Source of the DNA: Macrostomum hystrix | Taxonomy: Eukaryota > Animalia > Platyhelminthes | NCBI GenBank assembly: GCA_950097015.1 | Contig: CATNEN010000002.1 | Span: forward strand, 2,666,001-2,730,000 | Length of the DNA: 64,000 bases | Direction: 5' to 3' | Shown here: positions 1 to 11,759 of the stretch, one piece after another | Position numbering within the stretch: the first letter of the stretch is position 1 | How the letters are laid out: every line of letters starts with the position of its first letter | The notes under the pieces: model-generated | Databases searched by the model: none | Told to the model about the DNA's origin: nothing | What the model saw: the letters and a program-made list of their open reading frames with translations, nothing else | Made by a program: the position numbers and the translations under genes

Positions 1-167
1 CAAAATAATATATTTTTCTGCATCTACCTCGTACAAAGATATGAACAATATCTGCTTTTACAGAGAAATGTTTGTTGTCCTTGTCGCCAGTGTCTTCGAC
101 ACGAGATTCGTGCGAATTTATCTATAGATTGAATATTGAGTACATTCATGAATTCAAATTAAACTGT

Positions 168-3100
168 CTAGTTGGCACACTTACGTGGCTTAAGAATGAT
201 GGGCACTCTTCGACTAATAGTGACATTGTTGACCATGTCGCTGACGTGGCATGTCCAATAGCCGGTGTCATTGTCATTATTCATGTCGTGGACGACTATG
301 TCCGTAAAATTGGCGCCGTTGGCCTGCTGCTTGATGGCTTCGAAGCGCTCCGAAAGACGCCCAGTAGGGAACGGGAGCCGTGTCAACGTGGCCCTGAACT
401 GGGCTGGTCGCGACGGCTGCATTGTGGAGTGGACGGTTGTGAGTTATTGTCAAGTTTCTCAAGTTTTAATGTCACTTAGAGAAGAGCGACGAACCTCCAT
501 GGGCACAACTGAGCACTTTAGAGTGGTGGTGTCGGGGTCCTTGGGATCGCTTCGCAGCACCAACCTCTTCACCGAGCTGCTTTGCACCGTCAGGTTAGAA
601 AATGCCACTGCGGACCCGGATCGTCTGTTGAAGCCTTCGCATCTGTACCGACCACTGTCTGACGGGCTGGCGTCCTTGATCACAAGGCGGGTCGACTTCT
701 CATCGCGCACCTGGTAGATTCGGGACGTATCTGCCAAACGACGTCCATCAGAGTCCTGCCACTCCAGCAGCCAGGCGATGCCGTTGTAGCCGGGTTTTTG
801 TCGCCTGACCAGGCAAGTCAGCACCACTGTACGACCGGACGGCACATTCAGGGTCTCTGGCTCCACGGTTGGAACCACGTCTGTGAATGCATCGGCCACG
901 GAGTTGACAGTTATGGTACACAACGTGCTGATCCCTGGATCTTACACACAGTAAAAGATCCTTAGATATGAACTGCTTTGAATCTGGCTCACTTTATACA
1001 GCTTTTAAAACTTTGGATTTACACTGGACATGTTAATTTTGTGAACCAGCTATTTATTTTCTTGTCCGAGAAGTAGCGTATTCATGCAGAGAAGAAGTGC
1101 ACTTGATATCGCTAATATAAATGCGCTAGTACACTTAGCATATTGAACTCGGCCATTCGATTTGAATGGAAATAATTAGGTCAAATGGAAACAAAGCTAT
1201 TGGTTAGCTTACACTCTTCACAATCGGGTCGCTGTCCTCTTGGTCGGCCCACAATCTTGTCTGCATAGCCTTCCTCGCAGCTGAAATCGTTGAACAAGGA
1301 GAGCAAGCAGTACATGTACCATGCATGAATGAATGCTTGTTTCCTATGTAGAACTTTCGCTTTTCGAATGTGAAATCTTATCTAACCACGACTCGGCAAG
1401 CGCCTATTAGACTCTGCTGAGGTACTGAGGTTTTTTACCTGATTTTCCTCCTAGACTCTTAATAATGAACCAGGTAATTTGAAGGCTATTTTATCTTCTG
1501 TCTGAATTGAACTGTTTCTTGGTCTTACGTGTCACAACCCGGAGAGTTCCTGTAGCCTTCTAGGCAGGGAACACACTTCCACCTGTTCACATTTGAGTTG
1601 TAGTCCACAATCTTGTGGAAATCTCCGGTTGTCTTGCAGTCCTGACGATAAAATTGTTAAGTCTTGATGTAAACATTTGCATTACAGTTTGCTACCAAAC
1701 CATTTGGTGATATCAGCTCTGAACTCTGCTTTCACTGTTTAGTTACGTCGGTCTAGTTTGCAATCCACATGCTCTTCGCTCGTGAATAAATTACGAGCGA
1801 TGCTTAAATAAATTCATGTTACTCTACAATTTCAGCTGCGGAGATACAGATTTCAAGAGCCAACTTGTTTCTTGTGTCGCAGGTTCACATGTCTTATTGA
1901 ATGCTCAACAATATCTAGTTGCTATTGGCGGCTTTAGCCCAGAGGTCACAGCTGCTGTCAAAAACTTGAAAAGTGCGCCCAGCATCTTAGGTGGCCCTGG
2001 GAAGGGGGCGGCATTGCTACAAGCGCTGGTAGTGATGCAGCAGCCCACGATCTCCATGAATGGAGTGGATGAAGGCAATGATGCCGACTTGCAAAGATGC
2101 AGAAATGCAAACGTGACCCCTGGTACGGGTTTAATCTTTGCTATAAAAACATGGAAAAACTGCTTTGACCCTAGATTTGCTTGCTGAACCCTTCCGCCGA
2201 AATTCAGGTCTCTCTTGTCACTTGTCCCTTCCAATGTGAATCATTTGCTAAACCAGCTTTATCAGTTGTAAAACTGCTCCAAAGTGATCCAGGTGTTGGA
2301 CCCAAGTCTTGCATTTTCCGAGGTTCAATTGCAAATAGCTGCTTCTCTGACTAAATTTGTGAATTTCCCCTGTCCCTCGGCTCCGAAGATTTGCGCAACG
2401 CTAACGTCAACTGTGACCTTGAAAGGGCACCCGTCTGCTGGTTTTTGGCCTTACCTCGCAGAAAGCGCCCTGGTAGGGATCGGGGCAAACAGTGCAGCGC
2501 TCTACGGGAGCTGGTTCAGCACCCGAGCTGGTGTTGGTACTTGACTGGTACGTGACGTTCAGAATGCGCACGTTCATCTGGCCCTGGAATTGGTAGATCC
2601 GGAAGAAAATTCCACGCAGATCAGAGAGGGCGGTCATCACGTCCAATCTAGTGACGGCCGAACCGTCGATGGCACGCAGGTTCTGCTCGTCGAGTGTCAC
2701 GGAGAAGCGAGTCTCTGGGGCGCGTTTGGTGGTTCGGTCCCAATGCACCAAGGTCTGGCCTCTCGAGCCCTGATAGTTTGATGAATAAAATTGCATTTGA
2801 ATTTAAATAACAGATGCAATTGTAGTGCAACGCACTCTGTCTTTTTTGACAGAGTATGACAGCATATGACAGTCAATCTTAATCTCAAGCACTCGCTGCT
2901 ACGAACGTCTTCCATTCTGCTCAGCAGTTTTTTTTCACTTTTCCCAACGGCCCGCTGTCAATTTTAGCATAGACGCTGTCGCCGTACCTTGATGCCGAAG
3001 ATTGGGAACGCCGTATCGGCCGTCAGCGCTGTGTCCATGCGCACGTTGACTCGCACGGTGAAGCTCAATTTGCCGCCGTAGGCTGCCAGCTGAAAATGAA

Positions 3101-5361
3101 AGTTCGCACGATTTCTTTTATTTTACATCACTAACTTGGATTCAGAGTGTCCCAGACTGTTGTCTAGCCGTACCCGCTTGCCAGACAAGCTCGTCAAGAA
3201 CACGTAGGACTCGTCATCGTCTCGCAAAGCTGACGAGTCGTCTCCAGTTGGGGCCACGGCTATCTCCGCTCCGGACTGTACTGTGAGCTTCGCGTGCGAA
3301 GTAGCGTCCTCGTACACTCCGTACAGGCCCCAGCCCATCAAACGCACCGCGGATGCTTCCACTGGTACTCGCTTCTGCAGTCGTGTGTCAAATGAAACCA
3401 TGTACAGTTGATAAGCATGTCGAGACATATTTATTAGCCTATTCTAAACTGATGAGAGACTTTTCTGTACCTCTTCGAAGTAAAGGCCGGCATTTTCGCA
3501 AGCATTCGATCGGTCGGAGCAGAAGCAGGGCACGCATCCATCCGGGTGGTCCCGCCTGAGACTGTGGAAGCCCGGCTTGCACTTGTCACAGTTTTCACCT
3601 TCAACGTTCGCCTGAATTCGAAAGATGAAACAATTTCCTATCAGTTTTTTTCGTTGCACTTTATGCTCATGTGGCTTTGTACTTTTAGTATATTCTTTAG
3701 GATGAAATAAAATCTGCAGTCAGCTGCTCACCTTGCAATTGCAGACGTTGTTCTGGCAAATGCCGCCGATGTTGCAGGTCTTCTTGCAGTCGATGCTAGT
3801 GTCAACTAAATTCAGTTATCAAATTTTTGCTCAAACTTTTCTCAGTGCTTGTCAAGAGCCAGCTAGTCTTTAATAATTATACTAAAAATGAAATGCCTGC
3901 TTGCTTGCTGCAATCGAGTAACTCCGGAAGGGCTTTAACGACTTTTATAACTCCTAAATATGACTAAGATATGGCCATTCGCTTATATAGAAAATTGGTT
4001 CTCTGCTGCTGGGGCACATTGGTTCTCTGCTGCTGGCGGAGAGTATGGTTTTTCTGCCCAGATTGTCAGCCAATATGTGATTATGTTTAGGGCCAACAGG
4101 TGGGGGCATATCAGCTTTTTGAGAGGACAAGTGCGATTTGCATTAGAGAATTGTATAAATCCTGAAATCTTGAAGTTACCTATTGCTAGTAAAAATAATA
4201 AAATATATGTTATTCATTTAAATTTATAAAACGTGCTACTGCATCAAAGGTCATTAAATATATAATGCCGAAGGTTTGAACTGGTCCATTGATAATAGCA
4301 CCAATGAACTCGGAATTCGTAATTTTGTCAGGGCATCAAAGCTAGTTCTCCTTTACTCCGTCCCTCCCTCAAAGGGGGAATCTATTTGCGCGTTACTTGC
4401 GCGTTACTTGTACAAGCCCTTGTGTGCAGGGCGTTAGATTAACAACTATTGTCGTTTCTAGTGTATTTTCTATCGAAACGTACTAAAACTAATGCGTTGC
4501 ATATACTTGCAGCTGACTCACACATTGGTTTCTTGTCTTCAACACTCATAATTTCGTGTCTACCTACTTCCTTTTAAATGACTAGCCGCTTATTTAGCAG
4601 GCATTAGCTTGCAGTCATTATTTAAACACTTGAAGGTTAGATTAGGTTAGATTAGGTTAGGTTAGGTTAGGTTTGCTTAGGTTAGATTAGGTTAGGTTTG
4701 CTTAGGTTAGATTAGGTTAGGTTTGCTTAGGTTAGACTAGGTTAGGTTTGCCTAGGTTAGATTTTATCAGATTATAAACTAATGATCGAACGCTTTCTAG
4801 TTATAGCTCGTCTGACAGCACATCTGAGATCTGTTATTGGATTCAAAAAGTATGTACAATAAATCCCTTAAAATTTATCTCATGAACAAAACTCACGTGG
4901 GACCTCAACAATCGGTACAGGATTCGAGTATCTCCTTGTGCCAGACGGATCCACACCTGAACACCTGTACCAGTGATTCGTATTCGCATCCGTACTCCTA
5001 TTCCAAATTGGTTTGTGATAGAAGGTGCACAGGGTAGAGGTAATATTGAAGTACGGATCCTCCGGCGGCCCGATGGGATCATTGCGCGCGTTGCTAACGT
5101 GAAACTTGATGTCTCGGAGGCGCTCATCAAAAGTGCAGTTCACTAATTTGGCCCAGTTGAACTGTGTGGGTTGGACGGTCACGCCTGAAAATTGAAGACA
5201 AAAATACTTGCCAGTTATGAAATCAGAAGCTATTGTGAATAACAACAGAACGTACTAATCTGAATGGGGTCGTTGACGGCCAGATCTTGGGCGTTGGCTC
5301 TCATTGGCGACAGCAGAAGGCCAAGGAATAGCCAGGCCAGGACAACTGCTGGCTGGCCCAT
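168..5361 (-). CDS. Secreted perlecan/laminin-like basement-membrane protein (SP, Ig-like, LE, laminin IV, LE, Ig, Ig); 11 exons, about 698 aa if it stops at 168
   Basis: Manual exons (minus): 5361-5256 (MGQPAVVLAWLFLGLLLSPMRANA signal peptide), 5184-4897 (Ig-like, WYRCSG), 3805-3732, 3611-3471 (NVEGENCDKCKPGFHSL..GCVPCFCS laminin-EGF), 3374-3174, 3089-2988 (LAAYGGKLSF laminin IV motif), 2769-2455 (VERCTVCPDPYQGAFCE), 1641-1529, 1280-1213, 934-495 (VVLTC..DSGRYRC Ig), 416-185/168 (DTGYWTC Ig). All GT-AG with compatible phases. The 3' end is uncertain: a donor at 184 and a possible exon 121-28 would carry the gene off the window. Confidence 0.85.
4638..4765 (+). repeat. TTAGG/GGTTA pentamer-based microsatellite in an intron
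   Basis: aggttagattaggttagattaggttaggttaggttaggtttgcttagg... Confidence 0.85.
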
Positions 5362-5723
5362 GGCTTTGCGCTGCTGGTTGAAAATAATTTCTAGTTAGTG
5401 CCTAAAAGATCCTCAAAGATTGAAGATACAAATGTAGAACACCGGCGCCTAGATTTCTGCTGCAAGTGTCCATACTTATAGCAACGGGTCTTATAGTGGA
5501 CCCGTTCACACTGCTGAGGTGGAGAGCGAGGCGACAACCAATAGAGCGAGTGCTTCGCTGGTCGCTATTGGCTGGAGCTAAGGCATGCGCATCAGGAATA
5601 TCTGGAGTCGAGTTCAACCCTCTTGTTGAGGGAGGCGCACTGGTCTGCGCCCGGTGAAGTTTTAGTCCATTTGTAAAAGTGGATTCAAAACTAACCATCT
5701 GAAGTGTTTTGTTATGTCTGACC

Positions 5724-6670
5724 TAAAATGACGACAAGTACGGCAATTATGACGACAAGTATGACGGCAAGTATGGCGACAAGTATGACGACAAGTATTG
5801 CAGTATGACGACAAGTATGACGACAAGTACGGCAAGTATGACGACAATTACGGCAAGTATGACGACAAGTATGACGACAAGTACGGCAGTATGACGACAA
5901 GTATGACGACAAGTACGGCAAGTATGACGACAAGTACGACGACAAGTATGACGACAAGTACGGCAAATATGACGACAAGTATGACGACAAGTACGACGAC
6001 AAGTATGACGACAAGTACGGCAAATATGACGACAAGTATGACGACAAGTACGGCAAGTATGACGACAAGTATGACGACAAGTATGACGACAAGTATGACG
6101 ACAAGTACGGCAGTATGACGACAAGTATGACGACAAGTACGGCAAGTATGACGACAAGTACGGCAAGTATGACGACAAGTATGACGACAAGTACGGCAGT
6201 ATGACGACAAGTATGACGACAAGTACGGCAAGTATGACGACAAGTACGGCAAGTATGACGACAAGTACGGCAAGTATGACGACAAGTACGGCAAGTATGA
6301 CGACAAGTATGACGACAAGTACGGCAGTATGACGACAAGTATGACGACAAGTACGGCAAGTATGACGACAAGTACGGCAAGTATGACGACAAGTACGGCA
6401 AGAGCGACTACAAGTACGGCAAGTATGACGACAAGTATGACGACAAGTACGGCAAGTATGACTACAAGTACGGCAAGTACGACTACAAGTACGGCAAGAG
6501 CGACTACAAGTACGGCAAGAGCGACTACAAGTACGGCAAGTATGACGACAAGTATGACGACAAGTACGGCAAGTATGACGACAAGTATGACGACAAGTAC
6601 GGCAAGTATGACGAAAAGTATGACGACAAGTACGGCAAGTATGACGAAAAGTACGGCAAGTACGACTACT
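5724..6670. repeat. Mixed 12-bp/9-bp tandem array (tatgacgacaag / tacggcaag)
   Basis: About 950 bp of interleaved codon-length units; a few 8-bp variants (acggcagt) shift the frame. Confidence 0.95.
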
Positions 6671-7149
6671 ACGCTCAGTACTCGTACAGCAAGAGCCACA
6701 GAAATTCCCACAGCAAGAGCTACCGGAAGTAATCCGTATGAGGCTGCAAACTCGATCACCATCAATAGTGCGAGAGACAATTGCGCCTTTGTGGGATATT
6801 GTCACTCTTGTTTTATGAAAATATAATATATTATTATATTACAGCACTAAAAAATACATTACTGAATTGAAGATGCACTGGAATCGACGACAATATGTGA
6901 AACTATTTTTTAGCCAATAGCTGATCATGTGAATATTCGATCAAAGTACGAATAATGAAATTTATCGTAATACTGCGCGTTAAAACGTGTACAAGAGTAC
7001 GATATTAAAAATTTAAATACCCTCATAGTTTAACTAATTAATCTATTATAAGGCCTTGAATAAATTTTTTGTTTACATGAATTGGAGCCTCAATTCAACA
7101 AATTTTATCTCCTCATCAAACATAAAATCGCTTCATCATCAGGCTTAGT

Positions 7150-7495
7150 TAAAGCAACAACAACAAAAACAGAAACAATATACGCCAGAGTTAGAGATAA
7201 GCATCAGAAGGCAAGTTTCAAGGCCTGGGCGCGCACATAGGCAAGGTCTCTGGCAGTGTCTGGGGCGCCGGCGTCGGCAAAAGGTGAGTCGACGTACCGC
7301 GGAGTTCGTGCCTGCCCCCGCCGAAGTTGAACCTGCAGCAGCAGCTCCTCCTGCAGCAGGCTGGGGCAGTGCTCCTCGGCACGGATGAGGTGGCCTTCCA
7401 GCTGTAGTCACCGACAGCGCAGTAGGTCGCTTGGGCGGGCCAGGCCGGCGCGGCGATAAAGTGCCGCCTTGGTGATGAGCTCATCAAAGCCGATT
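7150..7495 (-). mobile_element. 5'-truncated non-LTR retrotransposon (RTE-like) 3' end with (TTG)n-like tail
   Basis: Minus translation RCR*LQLEGHLIRAEEHC...RRGQARTPRYVDSPFADAG resembles the RTE-type post-RT motif RL.W.GH..R...RGR...RW.D. It has an internal stop and is followed by ttgttgttg. Confidence 0.7.
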
Positions 7496-7974
7496 CTAAA
7501 GGCAGCGCGAAGCAGGCCAGCCTATGCCTAAAAATGTTAGAGTTGAAAAAGTAGACGAGAAGACAAAAAAGCAGTCTTGATATGAATTCCACAAAGGATT
7601 ATAAGCAAAGGAGAGTTGCCTTGCCAGAGACGTGCGTATTGAGTTGACAACTAGCCGTGAGCTTGAGGTATAGCCACAAGCGAGATCGGCTTTACAACGA
7701 CGATCGTGTTTTTCTACTTTTTTACCTCCTGGGACTACTACTCGTAAATGCAAAATAGTATTTAGTACAGCCCTGCAATGTAATAAATGCCTTTTAAGCC
7801 GAATGGAAATAATATCCACAGGAGAAACATATTCCTCATTTGAGATTGACGATGCTTGCTAGCATCGGCATGCACAAATGCTTAAGTATTATGGCAAGAA
7901 TGGCAACGCCATAATGTTTCCGAAAATGCTTATTCTCAGAATCTGCAGTGTGGGAAAAGGCTGGGGGATGAATT

Positions 7975-9322
7975 GAGGATGCTACCCCTCAATAGATCAT
8001 GCTACCCCTCAATAGATCATGCTACCCCTCAATAGTTCATGCTACCCCTCAATAGTTCATGCTACCCCTCAATAGTTCATGCTACCCCTCAATAGTTCAT
8101 GCTACCCCTCAATAGTTCATGCTACCCCTCAATAGTTCATGCTACCCCTCAATAGATCATGCTACCCCTCAATAGATCATGCTACCCCTCAATAGTTCAT
8201 GCTACCCCTCAATAGTTCATGCTACCCCTCAATAGTTCATGCTACCCCTCAATAGTTCATGCTACCCCTCAATAGTTCATGCTACCCCTCAATAGATCAT
8301 GCTACCCCTCAATAGATCATGCTACCCCTCAATAGTTCATGCTACCCCTCAATAGTTCATGCTACCCCTCAATAGTTCATGCTACCCCTCAATAGTTCAT
8401 GCTACCCCTCAATAGTTCATGCTACCCCTCAATAGTTCATGCTACCCCTCAATAGTTCATGCTACCCCTCAATAGTTCATGCTACCCCTCAATAGTTCAT
8501 GCTACCCCTCAATAGATCATGCTACCCCTCAATAGTTCATGCTACCCCTCAATAGTTCATGCTACCCCTCAATAGTTCATGCTACCCCTCAATAGTTCAT
8601 GCTACCCCTCAATAGTTCATGCTACCCCTCAATAGATCATGCTACCCCTCAATAGTTCATGCTACCCCTCAATAGTTCATGCTACCCCTCAATAGTTCAT
8701 GCTACCCCTCAATAGTTCATGCTACCCCTCAATAGTTCATGCTACCCCTCAATAGTTCATGCTACCCCTCAATAGTTCATGCTACCCCTCAATAGTTCAT
8801 GCTACCCCTCAATAGTTCATGCTACCCCTCAATAGTTCATGCTACCCCTCAATAGTTCATGCTACCCCTCAATAGTTCATGCTACCCCTCAATAGATCAT
8901 GCTACCCCTCAATAGATCATGCTACCCCTCAATAGATCATGCTACCCCTCAATAGATCATGCTACCCCTCAATAGATCATGCTACCCCTCAATAGTTCAT
9001 GCTACCCCTCAATAGTTCATGCTACCCCTCAATAGATCATGCTACCCCTCAATAGATCATGCTACCCCTCAATAGATCATGCTACCCCTCAATAGTTCAT
9101 GCTACCCCTCAATAGTTCATGCTACCCCTCAATAGATCATGCTACCCCTCAATAGTTCATGCTACCCCTCAATAGTTCATGCTATCCCTCAATAGTTCAT
9201 GCTACCCCTCAATAGTTCATGCTACCCCTCAATAGATCATGCTACCCCTCAATAGTTCATGCTACCCCTCAATAGTTCATGCTACCCCTCAATAGTTCAT
9301 GCTACCCCTCAATAGATCATGC
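7975..9322 (+). repeat. 20-bp satellite gctacccctcaatag(t/a)tcat, about 67 copies
   Basis: Near-perfect period of 20; essentially one variable position (A/T). Confidence 0.98.
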
Positions 9323-9523
9323 AACTATCTGAAAAGTTTATGCAACACCATCGATTGTTTATGCTTTGCCATTTACTTGATATCACGCCTGTTATCCATG
9401 GCAATCTAGCGCTATATGTCTTTGATTTTTCCGTTTTTAAATATATTTTTGCTTCGTGTTTTCTTCGAAAAAAAGCTTTTGAAATATTGAAAACATACTC
9501 TTAACTGTCCTGCTTAAAACACC

Positions 9524-9872
9524 CTTGTTTTCCAAAAACATCCCGAATATACCATGCAAAAGTTCGCATATTTATCCTGCGATTATAAACGTAATAATAA
9601 AAAATATATTAAAAACATAATTTATATTAATGAATACTTTCAGCGGCTTGAAATAATAGTCCAATTATACGCTCGTACTATAGAAATGTAGAAATGTATA
9701 GAAATACTATAGAATACTATAGAATACTATAGAAAATACAATTTATACGTAACTTGCTTTCACGATTTACTTTCATAGAAATGCTCGAATTCTGTAACAC
9801 GGTAACATGTTATCGCAGGATAAATATGCGAACTAATTTTGCATGTTATATTCGGGATGTTTTTGGAAAACA
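9524..9872. mobile_element. MITE-like element with about 60-bp terminal inverted repeats
   Basis: tgttttccaaaaacatcccgaatata..catgcaaaa..gttcgcatatttatcctgcgat at about 9524-9583 is mirrored at about 9812-9872 around an AT-rich core. No clear TSD. Confidence 0.7.
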
Positions 9873-10720
9873 GCCCTCGCTTAAAAACACGCCTAATTCT
9901 AAAAAAACAATTATGCCATGCATCAGCTATGAGTAAAATATTTCTCCTTGTCTTGAATTAAAAAATGATTGTAGCAATGCTCGAAAAACTTTTCTTTCGT
10001 TTCGAAAATAAAAAACGCTAACAGCAAGTCTGCTCGAACAGGCTTCATTTAGTTTTGAATTCAATCGAATTCTTATAGAAGAATGCTTGAAAGAAAGTTA
10101 AAATATATAATGAAAAAACGCTTATACATTTGCTGAAGGCATTTTCTTATATTTTTGAATCTAAAAAACGCTGGCAAATTGTTTTCAAGTTTTCTTGAGA
10201 AAATTCTTAACTCAGTTTTGTATCGAATAACACTTGTTGCTGCTTTTTAAGCTGACAAGTATTTGCCTCGACTGTAGCTAATTAAAAGCGCAGACTATTA
10301 CCAGTTAACTGTACCCAAAAAGCCTACAACAAAAAAATGATAATCTGTTATCTACGTTTTTAACTGTTCATAATAAAACATTATCAACAGTTCCAATAAA
10401 CTTCGGAGCTAGATGAAATCAAAACGACACAATTTGATCAAAGTCGAGACAATTTTTTAGCATGACTTCAAGCGTTATTCGATTTAAAACTAAACGAACT
10501 GTTCGAGCATACGCAGCTGTTAGCGTTATTTAATTTTCAAAACGAATTAAATGTCTTTCCAGCATTGCTCCAATCCTTAATATTTGATGCAAAATCAGCA
10601 GAGATGTTTCCAATTTTAATCATTGCTAACGGAATTAATCATATTGATTAAGAGTTTGTTTATAATTTTCTCTATATATTCACCCGTGTTGACAGAGATA
10701 GGGTCTAAGAAAGATAGGGT

Positions 10721-11100
10721 AATCGAACATGCGCGACGGTGGCCTAATAGGCAACTCCGAACATGTTCTTTGTTCCGAGAACATGTTCTTTTAAATTAAT
10801 AAGGCTACTTAATGTATATTAATAAATTAATAACATGAAGAAAAAACTATGCCTTCCTTGGCATGAGGTCAACAAACAAGACAGTTAAACCCATACTATG
10901 TCTAGTATGGTTTAACACACACACACACATAGTTTAACTGTCTTGTTTGTTGACCTCATGCCAAGGAATGCATAGTTTTTTCTTCATGTTATTAATTTAT
11001 TAATATACATTAAGTAGCCTTATTAATTTAAAAGAACATGTTCTCGGAACAAAGAACATGTTCGGAGTTGCCTATTAGGCGACCGTCGCGCATGTTCGAT
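10721..11100. mobile_element. Palindromic MITE with about 170-bp near-perfect inverted arms
   Basis: atcgaacatgcgcgacggtggcctaataggcaactccgaacatg... pairs with ...catgttcggagttgcctattaggcgaccgtcgcgcatgttcgat. The loop holds a small hairpin plus (CA)n. gta flanks both ends (possible 3-bp TSD). Confidence 0.85.
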
Positions 11101-11759
11101 GTAGCCTAAGAGTCGTCAACACGGCTGACATATTTGAAGCATTTAACGGTAAAGCAAAATAAAGTGATTTTTTTGATGAGGAAGCATTAAATATAGAAAG
11201 GGGTATCATCGAGGGGTATCATAAATTAGCGAGGGGAAAGTAAGAATTAGCGAGTGATAGAAAAAAGTAGAAAAAAGTGGAAAGCATAAATAATCAAGGG
11301 ATAGCATGATTTATCAACTCGCCTTAAAAAACTAAGCCTCGATAATGTATACTTGATAAATGAAAGATTCTAAGAGACTTAAGATAATAAAAATTGTACT
11401 TGTAATCGATTTTCTCACACACTGCTTAACCGATTTTCACCATTTCTGCACCAAAAGATGCTAAAAATGGACACATTTACACGCTTTTTCATTAACCTAA
11501 CTTTATTAGCTCGTATTTAAATATTAAAAAAGTGTATATTTTCTATTTTTAAGATCAAACTCGCCTGGCTTGCTTGTGGCTTGCCATTTTTTATTAGATT
11601 GCATCAGTGCCCATTCGTTTTCTCTTACCGCAGTGTAATAGGCTCAATTAAGGCACTTAAATTAAGACCAATCAATGCACAATGCGTGTGTACCTTTTGG
11701 TACTGGCTGCCTGGCCCTCTCCCAACACCTGTCCATCAGGGCCGTATAGCCAGAGGTAC

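Noticed and set aside
5848-6780. Highly hydrophobic V/I/L/A ORF suggesting a multi-pass membrane protein
   Set aside because: Exact antisense codon mirror of the YDDK frame; monotonous with no loops, so it is a by-product of the repeat.
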